From: Candidatus Latescibacterota bacterium
GTDB taxonomy: Bacteria; Latescibacterota; UBA2968; UBA8231
Length of the DNA: 64,000 nucleotides
Direction of reading: 5' to 3'
NCBI GenBank assembly: GCA_965223905.1
Contig: CBDCXV010000002.1
Location: forward strand, 128,001 to 192,000
The notes beneath the pieces are model-generated. The model made no database searches and had not been told where the DNA came from. It was given only the letters and a program-made list of their open reading frames with translations. The translations under genes were made by a program, and so were the position numbers. Below, one piece after another: positions 31,792 through 41,916 of the stretch (positions are counted from its first letter, which is position 1; each line of letters opens with the position of its first letter).

Positions 31792-31984
31792 GAAATCTCC
31801 TGTCGCGGAAATACGATTTCGTTCGGAATTCAGTTTCGTCCCAGAAGGTACCTCGTCCCTCTTCCGCCGGTCCATCCTCGCGCCCGGCAGCCGGATTCGA
31901 CGTTTCCTTCACCATGGTCTCCATCCGGACCGGCCGTCGCGCCCCGCCTCGGAAGGCATTGCCGGGCTTGCCCTGCAACCCGCC

Positions 31985-32941
31985 CTACTCCTCCAGCGAG
32001 CGGTAGGCATCGAATACGATCTGCAGGTCGCGGCGCGCGCGCGCCAGGTTCGAGTACGGTGAACGGCCCCGGTCCTCCAGGCAGGCGAGAAAATCCTCCA
32101 TCATCCCCCGGTATCCCATCATGTCGCGGAAGCCTGGGAACTCCAGGGCCCGGCGCCGCTGCGAGCGCACCCAGTGGTATATCCCGTTGCTCTCGAACAG
32201 CACCCCGCCCTCGCTGCCGGCGATGCGGGAATGCTGAAACACCCCCCCCGTCGGCGACGGCACGTTCCAGGCGTAGCGGATCTCCGCCTTCGGCCCGCCC
32301 GGCGCCTCGAGCGCGACGACGGCGTGGCGCTCCGCCTCGCCGCTCTGCCGGCCGGGGAACTCCGCCCCGAGCAGCCGCGGCCGGCCGCATTCGCTTCCGG
32401 TGGCCGCGTCGAGCAGGTCGGCTGCGAGGGCGACGAAATGGATGCCCCCCTCCAGCAGCGACCCGTGGGCCGCCCGCCACCCGGAGGCCTTCTGCTCCTT
32501 CAGCTTCTTCACCTCGATGCGCTCGATCTCGCCAAGGTCCCCCGACCTGATGTGCTGCTTCAGCTTCAGCAGCGAGGGTTTGTAGTAGTAGTTCTCGGCG
32601 ACCATCAGCACCGTCCCGGGATGCCGGGCCGCGGCCGCCTCGATGCGGAGGAGCTGATCCGGCTCGTGGCAGAGCGGTTTCTCGACGAGAACCGCCGCGG
32701 CCCCAGCGGCGAGGGCGGCGACCGTCTCGGTCTCGTGCCGCTCCGGCGGCGTCGCGATGACCACCCCGTCGGCGCTGTCGAGAAGCTCCTCGTAGCTCGC
32801 GCACACCTCGCCGCCGAACTCCCGCGCGAACTCCTCGGCCCGGGCCCGGGTGCGGCTGTGGAACAGCAGCCCGGCCCGGCCCCGCAGGTTGCCGGCGTGC
32901 TTCCTGCCGATGGCGCCGCAGCCGGCGAGGCCGACCCGCAT
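31985..32941 (-). CDS. Gfo/Idh/MocA family oxidoreductase
   Basis: MRVGLAGCGAIG, VLVEKP, LLEGGIH; start overlaps the GMC stop. Confidence 0.88.
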   Translation of the reverse strand: MRVGLAGCGAIGRKHAGNLRGRAGLLFHSRTRARAEEFAREFGGEVCASYEELLDSADGVVIATPPERHETETVAALAAGAAAVLVEKPLCHEPDQLLRIEAAAARHPGTVLMVAENYYYKPSLLKLKQHIRSGDLGEIERIEVKKLKEQKASGWRAAHGSLLEGGIHFVALAADLLDAATGSECGRPRLLGAEFPGRQSGEAERHAVVALEAPGGPKAEIRYAWNVPSPTGGVFQHSRIAGSEGGVLFESNGIYHWVRSQRRRALEFPGFRDMMGYRGMMEDFLACLEDRGRSPYSNLARARRDLQIVFDAYRSLEE

Positions 32942-34428
32942 CACGCCGCGCGCCCCACATCGGCCACGCGCAGGGCGTTGGCGGCGATGGTGAGACTCGG
33001 GTTGACGCCCCCCGAGGCCGGGAAGCAGCTGCCGTCGACGACGTAGAGATTTTCCAGTCCCCAGACGCGGCAGTCGCGGTCGAGGGCTCCGCGCTCCGGG
33101 GAGTCGGCGCAGCGCACCGTGCCGACGGCATGGGAGAAGGTGTCGATCTCGTACATCCGCGTCTTCCACGCCCCGGCCGCCCTCAGCACCCGGCGGGCCT
33201 GGGCCGCGAGGAAATCCCGGCGCTCGAGGTCCGCCTCGCTGTACTGGTGGTCGACGCGGGGGATCTCGACCCCCCAGCTGTCCCTGCGGTTGTCGAGGTT
33301 CACCGCATTGTCGAAGCGCGGCTCGTCCTCGGCTATGCAGAGCAGGTTCTGCATGAAGGGGCCGAACGCCCCGGCGATCCGCTTTAGCCCGAAAGGAGCG
33401 AAGTGGGAGATCACCTCGCTGGACGGGGTGTAGATATCCTGGATGACCCCGGCGGCGGTGCCGTGCCGGACGCGGAAGCGCTCGTAGAACTCGGTGAAGC
33501 AGAGCTGCTTGTGGAAGAGGTTGCCGGGGTTGGTGCGGAACGGGAAGACCCCGGCGACCACGGCGTTGCAGTGCCTCATCAGGCAGCGGCCGATCCACCG
33601 GGCCCCGGGCGAGTCGAGGCGCGACCGCAGCAGCAGGGCCGGTGTCTGCAGGGCTCCGGCGGCGACGAAGAAGCGCTCCCCTTCCAGGACGAGGGTTTTC
33701 GGCTCGCCTGTGACGGCCACCGCGTGCAGGGCTTCGACACGGCCCCCCGAGACCGCCAGGTGCGTCGCCGCCAGGCCGGCGATGATCTCGAGGCCGGCCT
33801 CCTGCCCCAGGCGCAGCGCCGTCGCCGTCATGTCGTTCTTGGCCTCGATCCGGCACGGGAACCCGTCGCAGGTCGAGCAGCGGACGCAGAGCGGCCGGTC
33901 CGGATCGTCGAAGTTTATCGCCATCGGCAGAGGAAACGGTTTGAGGCCGAGCCGTTCCGCGGCCGACCGGATGCGCCGGGCAGGGGGGGCGAGCTCGACC
34001 GGAGCCCGCGGATAGGGAGTGGACCGCCGCGGCTCGCAGGGGTCGGTCCCGGTCTCGCCGTGAACGGCCAGCAGGTTCTCGGCCTCGGCGTAGTACGGTT
34101 CCAACTCGTCGTAGGCGATCGGCCACTTCTCGAAATCGGTTTCCCGCAGGCGCAGGGAGGCTCCCCCGAAAAAGACGGAGTTGCCGCCGACCACCTCGTT
34201 CGGATAGAGCGGTTCGCATTCCCTGGCCCCGTACTGGCGAACCGACACCGGCGACCCGGATCGATACCGCTTCTCGATCAGGATTTGCCGCTGGTTCCAG
34301 TCCCCCTCGTCCCGGTGCGGCCAGCCGCCGCGCTCGACCAGGAGGGTCTTCAGCCCGGCACGGACCAGGCGGTAGGCGGCGCAGGCCCCGCCGAACCCGG
34401 AACCGACGATGACGGCATCGTATTTCAC
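32941..34428 (-). CDS. GMC family FAD oxidoreductase
   Basis: VIVGSGFGG, VGGNS, CVRCSTC, HAVGT, NLYVVDGS, GVNPSLTIAANALR. Confidence 0.93.
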   Translation of the reverse strand: MKYDAVIVGSGFGGACAAYRLVRAGLKTLLVERGGWPHRDEGDWNQRQILIEKRYRSGSPVSVRQYGARECEPLYPNEVVGGNSVFFGGASLRLRETDFEKWPIAYDELEPYYAEAENLLAVHGETGTDPCEPRRSTPYPRAPVELAPPARRIRSAAERLGLKPFPLPMAINFDDPDRPLCVRCSTCDGFPCRIEAKNDMTATALRLGQEAGLEIIAGLAATHLAVSGGRVEALHAVAVTGEPKTLVLEGERFFVAAGALQTPALLLRSRLDSPGARWIGRCLMRHCNAVVAGVFPFRTNPGNLFHKQLCFTEFYERFRVRHGTAAGVIQDIYTPSSEVISHFAPFGLKRIAGAFGPFMQNLLCIAEDEPRFDNAVNLDNRRDSWGVEIPRVDHQYSEADLERRDFLAAQARRVLRAAGAWKTRMYEIDTFSHAVGTVRCADSPERGALDRDCRVWGLENLYVVDGSCFPASGGVNPSLTIAANALRVADVGRAA

Positions 34429-34469
34429 GAATTGTCTCCGCCGTGGAATCAGGCGGAAACGGTAGGGAA

Positions 34470-35282
34470 TTACAAGGCGCGCACCTCGACGACGTAGAGC
34501 ACCGCGAGGGCGGCGACGATCACCAGGGCGAGGTAGTGGAATTTCTCCCGGGTCTGCACGAACTGCTCGATACGCTCGAGATCCCCCTTGAACTTCCCCG
34601 ACATGTTGCGCTGCACGTAGGTCTTGTAGTACTCAACGGAAAAGCGCTCGAGGCCGCCGTTCATGTAGACGAGGAACCCGGCCGAAACCGGGGAGGCAGG
34701 ATCGTTGACGAAATAGAACAGCGGGCTCAAAAGGGCCAGGACCATACCTGAGCGCTGGAATTTCAGCGGCTTGAACCCCTCGAAAGGCGCGTCCTTGTAG
34801 GCGCCCCCGAGGGACACCACCAGCCCGGTGCCGTAGGCAATGAGGACGAACCAGAAGAAGCGCTCGACCGGAACCTCTATCCGGGTAACGGCGAACACGG
34901 CGGCGACGATCACCGCCCCGGCCGCGTACCGGAGGAGATCGCTCTGGACGTGCCGCCCGAAAAAGGTGATGCGGGAGGGGACGAAGTACTTCTCCTGGTC
35001 TTCGGTGCGGGAAAACCCCTTGTAGATCTCGGCCAGGAACCGCTCGATCCCCATGACCAGGAAGAAGAGCTGGAACATCCCGATCCCGGCCAGGCGCTGG
35101 GTGAACGGGGGAAGGGTATACAGCACCAGGAAAATGGCCAGGCTGAACCAGATGCTGCGGGGGAAGGTGCGCGGCTTGAACCCCTCGAAGGGGGAGTCCT
35201 TGAAGGCTCCCCAGAGAGAGGTGTAAAGGCCGGACAGGAGGGTCACGGCCAGGATGGTGGTTAAGGGCAATTGGGGGTACAA
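34470..35282 (-). CDS. Integral membrane protein of unknown function with two internal repeats
   Basis: Multiple TM segments; GAFKDSPFEGFKP and GAYKDAPFEGFKP; GIERFLAEIYK and GLERFSVEYYK. Confidence 0.8.
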   Translation of the reverse strand: MYPQLPLTTILAVTLLSGLYTSLWGAFKDSPFEGFKPRTFPRSIWFSLAIFLVLYTLPPFTQRLAGIGMFQLFFLVMGIERFLAEIYKGFSRTEDQEKYFVPSRITFFGRHVQSDLLRYAAGAVIVAAVFAVTRIEVPVERFFWFVLIAYGTGLVVSLGGAYKDAPFEGFKPLKFQRSGMVLALLSPLFYFVNDPASPVSAGFLVYMNGGLERFSVEYYKTYVQRNMSGKFKGDLERIEQFVQTREKFHYLALVIVAALAVLYVVEVRAL

Positions 35283-35410
35283 GGTTGGAGGGGCAGATGG
35301 CGCTGGAGTCTACCACAGGGCTGCCGAGGAGGCAAGCGCAACACCGGGTTCCCGGGCGCCGGGGAGGCTGCTCGGATGGAGCTTCCACGGGCGCTGTAAG
35401 CCGATGAGGG

Positions 35411-36097
35411 TTATGACGGCAGCACGAAGGTGAAACCGGCCCAGAAGGCGAGTGTTACCAGCCAAAACACGCAAACGATGCCGCCGGTGCGCAGCCAGCT
35501 GAATCGACAGACCCTTTGAATACCGAGAGTCAGAAGAAAGTTATACCACACCTTGAACGGATTGACGTCCGCAAGGATCACATTCAGGACAGGGTGGGTC
35601 GTCTCTTTCCAAAAGAGATCGAGCCCCATTCTCATCTGCAGAATCTCAGGGGCAAGTTCGCCGTTTTGGGTTCGGATGAAAAGGATGATCGATCCCGTTA
35701 CAACGTGGAGCAGGGTAGCGACGCTTGCGTGCGCAACCACCGACAAGATCGATTTGATGCTCGCCAATCCCTCGAAGATCTGAATAATCAACCAGAGTAG
35801 AAACGCGGAAACGGACCAGGAAAGCAAAGTTGCGAAAAAGGAAGCCGCCGTAGATGCATACCTTACTGCCTGTTCGATCGATGATACGCCAGCTGCCTGG
35901 GAATCCGGAAGAGTACCAGGAACAAGGAACAAGGTCTGCTGAAAAACCGTGGTAGTATACCAGGCCGAAATGGCAGTTACAAAAGCGATTGTGAAATATG
36001 CGCATATCCAGGTCGGCCGTTCGGAGATTTCATCGAATGCGAGGAAAGGCGAGAAAATCACCAGGGCCAGGCGTCGCAGGGAAGGAAGAAAAGACAT
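35411..36097 (-). CDS. Yip1-family membrane protein
   Basis: VIFSPFLAFDEISERPTW start, about 5 TM helices, NPFKVW..LLTLGI motif. Confidence 0.78.
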   Translation of the reverse strand: MSFLPSLRRLALVIFSPFLAFDEISERPTWICAYFTIAFVTAISAWYTTTVFQQTLFLVPGTLPDSQAAGVSSIEQAVRYASTAASFFATLLSWSVSAFLLWLIIQIFEGLASIKSILSVVAHASVATLLHVVTGSIILFIRTQNGELAPEILQMRMGLDLFWKETTHPVLNVILADVNPFKVWYNFLLTLGIQRVCRFSWLRTGGIVCVFWLVTLAFWAGFTFVLPS

Positions 36098-36145
36098 GGA
36101 TCCGCAGTTCAGGCAATCGGTTTGCGCAAACCGGAGGGGCGAGTC

Positions 36146-36772
36146 TTACCGGGGAGAACGGGCGACTGAAGGCAACGCCGACAGCCCGGACGGACCGCCG
36201 GTGGAATAGCGAGGGATTGATGAGAGAGGACACCGGGACTTGTGATCCTGAACCATGGAATCAATGATTCCTCGGACTTGCCGAAAGGCCTTATAGCCTA
36301 CGTGCTTATGCAACAGGATGCCTTCTTCGTCGATGAGAAACAGTGCCGGGACAGCTGAGGTTCCGAGTTTTTCTCGTAGTTGAAGCTTGGATTCCATCCA
36401 GAGCGGAAAGGAAAAAGCATCACCGGACTGGAAGTTTCGAGGCACAACGGAGCCGTAGGTAGCAACAGCTACTATGGAGAATTTGCCGTCCTGCCCATGC
36501 TGGTGGTGTATTGCGTCCAGGACTTTGAGCTGTTCTTGGCAATAACCGCAACCCAGATCGAGGAACACGGCGATTATCTTCTTGCCGCGAAAGCTGTCGA
36601 GGTCAACGGTCTCTCCCGCAAGATCCGTGAGCTCAAGGCGCGGAAAGGTGTGCCCTGTGAGGATGATGCTTTCGACGCCGTACCGGTTGTGAAACCACAG
36701 GAGCCCGAAAGCTGCGATTCCCAGGATGCCTGACAAAATTGACGTTGCAATGAGTCTGCGGCGACTTCTCAT
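36146..36772 (-). CDS. Membrane-anchored TlpA/redoxin-type thiol-disulfide oxidoreductase
   Basis: N-terminal TM, LTDLAGETVDLDSFRGK, CGYC, VPALFLIDEEG; start codon uncertain. Confidence 0.85.
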   Translation of the reverse strand: MRSRRRLIATSILSGILGIAAFGLLWFHNRYGVESIILTGHTFPRLELTDLAGETVDLDSFRGKKIIAVFLDLGCGYCQEQLKVLDAIHHQHGQDGKFSIVAVATYGSVVPRNFQSGDAFSFPLWMESKLQLREKLGTSAVPALFLIDEEGILLHKHVGYKAFRQVRGIIDSMVQDHKSRCPLSSIPRYSTGGPSGLSALPSVARSPR

Positions 36773-36925
36773 AAGTCTCAGTCTCAGCTTGAATCCACTA
36801 TTGTGGAAAGCGTAAATCACGAAGTGCCTCCCGTAAGGATTCACGGGGAATGGTGACCCGAAAAACCATGGAAATTCTGCGCCGCGGAAACATGGCCCCG
36901 GCAGCCAAGTTGATAGTGGCAAGCC

Positions 36926-37369
36926 CTAAACTCCGGGGCGATCCAGGATACTGGAGAACAAGGCTCTCAGGATGGACACCCCTTGCTCTTGCACGAGCGT
37001 AGCTTCTACCACCTGAAAGGAGTCCGTCCCGGCTGCATCGCCCCCTGTCCCGTCGATTTCGATCCGCACTGCAACCGAGGGCTCCCCGTCCGCCAGGCAT
37101 CCACTTACCTTTCCGACCTTCAGGTACCTGACCTCATTTCCCCGGCTCCGGATTTTGAGGTGCCTGCACCTGTGCAAAAGAGCGACCCGGTCCCCAGGAA
37201 CCTTGGTGGTCATTACCCAACCCGTCTCTGTGAGCATGATCTTCCCCTCGACTTCCATCCCCACATCCATGCGCGTCACCGTAAGGGCAATCAGCAGAAG
37301 GAGGAAAACCGCGGCCGCCCCGAGGAGCATGGCACCCGCGCGCCATTCGATTGTTGCCGGGATTCTCAT
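36926..37369 (-). CDS. Small membrane-anchored protein resembling a reduced HlyD/membrane-fusion accessory protein
   Basis: Single TM followed by 'V.MEVEGKI', C-terminal 'ATLV...SILRALF'; ATGA-coupled to the ABC exporter; no coiled coil. Confidence 0.55.
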   Translation of the reverse strand: MRIPATIEWRAGAMLLGAAAVFLLLLIALTVTRMDVGMEVEGKIMLTETGWVMTTKVPGDRVALLHRCRHLKIRSRGNEVRYLKVGKVSGCLADGEPSVAVRIEIDGTGGDAAGTDSFQVVEATLVQEQGVSILRALFSSILDRPGV

Positions 37370-39180
37370 CCTGCCTTCTTCAAGTCCTGCTCGTATATGG
37401 TGGTGAAATGCCCCCCCATTCGAAGAAGCTCCTGTAACGTACCCTCCTCAACGATCCGGCCCCCCACCAGCACGAGAATTCGATCTGCGAACAACACGGT
37501 GGAAAGACGGTGGGCGACCAGTAGCGTCGTACGGTCCTGCGCGGCGCGGCGCAACGAGTCCCCAACGAGATTTTCCGCCCGTGGATCAAGTGAGGCGGTG
37601 CCCTCGTCCAGCACGAGAAGCCTGGGATCCCGGATCACGGCGCGGGCTAACGCAACCCGCTGCTTCTGCCCGGCGGAAAGTTGAACGCCGTCGCCACCAA
37701 GCCGGGTCTCCAAGCGGGCTGGAAACCCGTTGATGAACTCCATGCAATTGGTGGATTCCGCCGCAGCCAGAACCTCCTCCTTGGTAGCCCCCGGCTTGCC
37801 GTAGGCGATATTCTCCCAAATGGTCCCGGGAAACAACCGGAGGTTCTGTTCGACAAGCGCGACGTTCTTGCGAAGCGCGCGTACGTCATATGATAGAAAA
37901 TCGTTCCCATCAAGCAGCATTCGACCCGAAATCGGCTCGTACAGCCGTAACAGGAGGTGAACCAAGGTGGTTTTCCCGGACCCGCTGGGCCCCACTACGA
38001 CAGATATTTTCCCAGGTTCAAGGACGAGGTTTACTCCCTTCAATACCGGAAGCTGGGGAATGTACCCAAAATGCAAATCCTCAATGACAACTTTCCCAAT
38101 CTTTGCTGGGCTCCGAAAGGTTCCGCCTCGTCCTTTTTCTTCCGGAACATCCAGAACCCCAAAAACCCGTTTCAAGACTCCTACTCCTCGCTTGAAGTTC
38201 AGGTAAATTCCAGTGAGCTGCCCGATCGGTCCGTATATATAGGAAACCAGCATATTGAAGGCCATGAATTCACCGAGGGTCAGCTCGTCGCGCATGATTG
38301 CGTAGGTCCCGTACCACAGCAGGAGAATTCCGCCGAGAGCATAGAGAAAAACCTGCACCAGATGGCCGCAGGTCATGGTGACATTTCTGGATAGATCGGC
38401 GTCGAATTCGGAGTGCAAGGCGGACACCAGCCGACGTGCTTCCAATTTTTCCCGGTCGAACGCCCTGACTACGTGCGCCGATTCCAGGGACTCCAACCGG
38501 ACAGCATTCGTGACGCCCTTTCGCTCCTGCACCTGTTCACTCAGCACCTGGACCTTGCGCCCAAACAAAAAATTGACGGCAACAATCCCCGGTAAAACAA
38601 CAAGGACGGCCAAGCCCAATTCCGGGTTAATGGTGAACATGATGCAGGTCGCGGCGACTAAAACGGTGATGCTGCTGAGTCCTTCGATATAGGCTCCGGC
38701 CATCATGGACCCAAGCTGCCTGACATCGTCGCTGATTCTTGTGGCAATGTACCCGCTGGCGTGGGATTTCAGATAGGAGAGTGGTACCGAATGAATCTTT
38801 TGAAACAATTTCAGTTCTATATCGAAAAACACCCGTCTGGTAAATATCAGCAGCAAATAGTGCTGTAAAAAACTCAAAACAATTCCCAGAAGGATAATGG
38901 ACGCTAGCACAGCGCAGACCAAATGGAGAATATCCTCCTGATGGTTCACGATAATATGGTCGATTATGTAAATGGAGAACAAGGGCATGGGAAGGGCCAA
39001 TACAGTGGAGAAGACCATGCATGCGGCGGCTTCGATTACCCGAATCCAATAGGGCTGAAAAAAGAAAAGCAGCCGCAAAAAAAGGAATCGTCCCACACCC
39101 GGTGACGGGTTGGAGGTAAAAACCTGGCGGAGGGTAAAGCCCCTTTGTCGCGCTAGCTCAAGTTGTCGAAAGAAGCCCAT
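37366..39180 (-). CDS. ABC exporter (TMD+NBD), peptide/bacteriocin-type, without C39 peptidase domain
   Basis: 6-TM domain (SGYIATRI.DD, LTLGEFMAF), GPSGSGKTT, LSAGQKQR, VLDEGT, VAHRL. Confidence 0.92.
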   Translation of the reverse strand: MGFFRQLELARQRGFTLRQVFTSNPSPGVGRFLFLRLLFFFQPYWIRVIEAAACMVFSTVLALPMPLFSIYIIDHIIVNHQEDILHLVCAVLASIILLGIVLSFLQHYLLLIFTRRVFFDIELKLFQKIHSVPLSYLKSHASGYIATRISDDVRQLGSMMAGAYIEGLSSITVLVAATCIMFTINPELGLAVLVVLPGIVAVNFLFGRKVQVLSEQVQERKGVTNAVRLESLESAHVVRAFDREKLEARRLVSALHSEFDADLSRNVTMTCGHLVQVFLYALGGILLLWYGTYAIMRDELTLGEFMAFNMLVSYIYGPIGQLTGIYLNFKRGVGVLKRVFGVLDVPEEKGRGGTFRSPAKIGKVVIEDLHFGYIPQLPVLKGVNLVLEPGKISVVVGPSGSGKTTLVHLLLRLYEPISGRMLLDGNDFLSYDVRALRKNVALVEQNLRLFPGTIWENIAYGKPGATKEEVLAAAESTNCMEFINGFPARLETRLGGDGVQLSAGQKQRVALARAVIRDPRLLVLDEGTASLDPRAENLVGDSLRRAAQDRTTLLVAHRLSTVLFADRILVLVGGRIVEEGTLQELLRMGGHFTTIYEQDLKKAG

Positions 39181-39288
39181 CTTGCATCAGCTGCATCCAT
39201 CAGGTGGGGGAAAGCCGCGAAAGCGTGAAGACAGGACGGATTGGCGGAGGAAGCGGAAGCGACGGTTTGGGTATTTGTGGACAGGACA

Positions 39289-40068
39289 CTATACCGGAGA
39301 CGGCCCGGCATTCAGCCAGGAGAGGTTCCCGCCTTGAGCGGGGTGACGCACGAGCTCCAGGAAAACTTTCTCAAGGCCGGAAACTCTCCCTCCGGCGGTA
39401 GGATAACGGTCCCGTTTGGCCGTGTGAATGATCTCTCCCTCATGCATTATGGCAACCTCCGAACAAAGCTTTTCAACCAGTTCCAGATTATGAGAGGTGA
39501 GAAAAATGGTGATTCCCCGATCCTGCATGGAGAGTAGGACCTCCTGTATGACTATTGCGGAGGCCGGATCAATTCCCTCGAAAGGTTCGTCCATAATCAA
39601 AACGCGGGGAGACCGGATGAATAAGGAGGCCAGGTAAAGCTTTTTCTTCATCCCGGCGGAATATCTATAAATGAACCCGTGGCGCGCTTCTGCCAAACAC
39701 ATCAATTCCAATAATTCTTCACACCTGGCGAAGATCACCCGGTCAGGGATGGAGAAAACTTTGCCGATAAATACGAGGTACTCCTCTCCAGTCAATTGTT
39801 CGTAGAGGCCAAGGGTGTCTGTCATCACACCGAGTTGGCGTTTAATTTCGACCCCATGGAGGTGAAAGTTCTTACCAAGGATCTTGACAATACCTGACGT
39901 GGGTTGCAGCAACCCGGAAAGCATCCCAACGGCTGTTGTCTTTCCCGCCCCGTTGGTTCCAAGGAGACCGAAAAAGGCTCCTTCGTTTATGGAAAGGGAA
40001 AGATTCTTCACAGCAGTGACAGGCCCGAATTCCTTGATCAGGTTTTGTGCGGATATGGCTATGTTCAT
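39289..40068 (-). CDS. ABC-2-type ATP-binding protein
   Basis: GTNGAGKTT, YSAGMKKK, IMDEPF, LTSH. Confidence 0.93.
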   Translation of the reverse strand: MNIAISAQNLIKEFGPVTAVKNLSLSINEGAFFGLLGTNGAGKTTAVGMLSGLLQPTSGIVKILGKNFHLHGVEIKRQLGVMTDTLGLYEQLTGEEYLVFIGKVFSIPDRVIFARCEELLELMCLAEARHGFIYRYSAGMKKKLYLASLFIRSPRVLIMDEPFEGIDPASAIVIQEVLLSMQDRGITIFLTSHNLELVEKLCSEVAIMHEGEIIHTAKRDRYPTAGGRVSGLEKVFLELVRHPAQGGNLSWLNAGPSPV

Positions 40069-40081
40069 TTGTGGGCCTTCC

Positions 40082-41707
40082 CTATTTGAAAAGCACGCCC
40101 AGCAGTTTTTCTTGTCTGGATTTCATAAGAGCTGATGATTTTCTGATGGCAGGAAAGTAGGTACCCAGACTCACTAGAAAAACTAGGAAAAAGCTGATAA
40201 TCGTCAATTGTGGGGAACGTAAGACAATATGGAAAACATAAACGTTGATCCCAATAAAAATTACCGCGGGCAACCAGGCAATTAAAATCAAACAAACACT
40301 TTGGGTCGACCAGGTTCTCTGACTCATCGAACCAAAGGATTTGAGTTTCTTTGGAAAAAGAACGGATGAAAAATTTCCAGTCGCGGCAACGTAAATGGGA
40401 ACGCAAACGGTCAATGGAATCAATGCAAAGGCCAGTGTCAGGTCTGTTTCCTTCCCTTGCCAGGTCCAGAAAAGGATTCCTGGAAGATACATCCAGTTAT
40501 TGAAAATCTGAAGACATACCAGCGCCAAATTTTTACTGATAAGCACATCTCGTAAATGAATCGGTAAAAGAAAGTGGTGAACAACACCTTTAGACTCTTT
40601 ATTGAACAGAGAGTGCATGAAACCACTCATTCCCCCGAAATAGAAGACCAGGAACGCCCAATAGTACTCAAACCGTGCCGAAAGGATTACTACTGACATG
40701 CACCAGGCAATAACTACTTGAAAAACGGCCATTACCCGGAACTGATTCCATCTACACAGATATAATAGCTCGTGGGTGAAAAAAGGGATATACTTCCTGG
40801 GAAGAAAGCGGTCCGCAATGCCGCAAATTTTAAAATAAATATTGCCTGGTAGCCCCTGACTTTCTCTACTAACCGAGGGTTCGTGGAACATCAGACTCAT
40901 GGTGCTTCTGCGTGACACGAGATACCCCAATGAGAGGTATCCCATAAGGCCAAGGAAACAGACTATCGAATCAAAAATTCTTCCCCGACTCAAAAAATAG
41001 AAAATATCAGCGAGCATGCCCGGTGGTGTAAATTTGAGGTAGGAAGATAAACGAAGTTTTCCTAATTGAGTTATCATTTCTTGCATGTACTCATCCTTCA
41101 AAAGAAGCAAAGCCAACATCAGATTAACCATGAGGAAAGCTAAGCTTGTAAGTATGACCAAACCGTATTTGGATATCCACCAACTAAGGGAAATATCTAT
41201 CCACGAACGCAACGCCTGAATCCAGCTTACCATCAGCACAGCAAACGCAATCATCGAAAGACCGCAGATAATTCCGGTTGTGATTGATTTCAACAATCCA
41301 CATGCCATCGCCGAAGAGACCAAAACAGGTGCAAATATAATCAGCCATCGGTCAGAAAGGGTTCTAACCACTCCGGCAGCGTAAACCTGTTTGTAGGTCC
41401 ATGGATACTTGACGGTTTCGCGAAGATCCTTACAAACAGAAGTACTTATGATACTCTTGAGCCCTAGAACCACCCATACCATCGACAAACCGGCAAACAA
41501 TGCGTGAAGCAATTCCCGAACCATCAAGCCCCCGTCACCCATAGCATGAAGCAACGCGTGGTGTATGCCTGCGGAGGCCCAGAGCGAGAGGACCAGGATC
41601 GCTATCTCCCCCGATATTTTAACGGCATAACTTCCAGGGCCCGATTTTGATTCAGTTCGCTCGCCCTTTAAATGGAGCCATGTCATGTACCACCAAACTT
41701 TTAGCAT
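40082..41707 (-). CDS. Multi-pass membrane protein, probable ABC-2-type permease
   Basis: About 12 TM segments, 'FLLPIHLRDVLISKN' motif, immediately upstream of the ABC ATPase; AT-rich. Confidence 0.8.
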   Translation of the reverse strand: MLKVWWYMTWLHLKGERTESKSGPGSYAVKISGEIAILVLSLWASAGIHHALLHAMGDGGLMVRELLHALFAGLSMVWVVLGLKSIISTSVCKDLRETVKYPWTYKQVYAAGVVRTLSDRWLIIFAPVLVSSAMACGLLKSITTGIICGLSMIAFAVLMVSWIQALRSWIDISLSWWISKYGLVILTSLAFLMVNLMLALLLLKDEYMQEMITQLGKLRLSSYLKFTPPGMLADIFYFLSRGRIFDSIVCFLGLMGYLSLGYLVSRRSTMSLMFHEPSVSRESQGLPGNIYFKICGIADRFLPRKYIPFFTHELLYLCRWNQFRVMAVFQVVIAWCMSVVILSARFEYYWAFLVFYFGGMSGFMHSLFNKESKGVVHHFLLPIHLRDVLISKNLALVCLQIFNNWMYLPGILFWTWQGKETDLTLAFALIPLTVCVPIYVAATGNFSSVLFPKKLKSFGSMSQRTWSTQSVCLILIAWLPAVIFIGINVYVFHIVLRSPQLTIISFFLVFLVSLGTYFPAIRKSSALMKSRQEKLLGVLFK

Positions 41708-41884
41708 TTTTATCTGAATTTCCGATGCGAGGGGGTACGGACCAAACTCAGACTCTTTTTCTCATTTTTGAGTTACACCCCATGCTTACCCTGGACTCTC
41801 TTCCATTCTCCCAGACAGTTACATGTTTCCTTCATATTCGCTACTAATAAAAGTGAGGGAGGCCATCTCCTTCAGATTAAATCT

Positions 41885-41906
41885 CGAGGCTGAAATTCAA
41901 GCCTCG
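41885..41906 (-). terminator. Stem-loop downstream of the peptide gene (terminator or mRNA-stabilising hairpin)
   Basis: CGAGGCT...AGCCTCG inverted repeat about 10 nt after the peptide stop; weak U tract. Confidence 0.5.
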
Positions 41907-41916
41907 TTCGTTTTCA

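Noticed and set aside
32942-34219. 744-aa ORF suggesting a long N-terminal extension of the Gfo/Idh/MocA protein
   Set aside because: The extension is Arg/Pro-rich alternate-frame read-through of the GMC gene; the real start is MRVGLAG at 32941.
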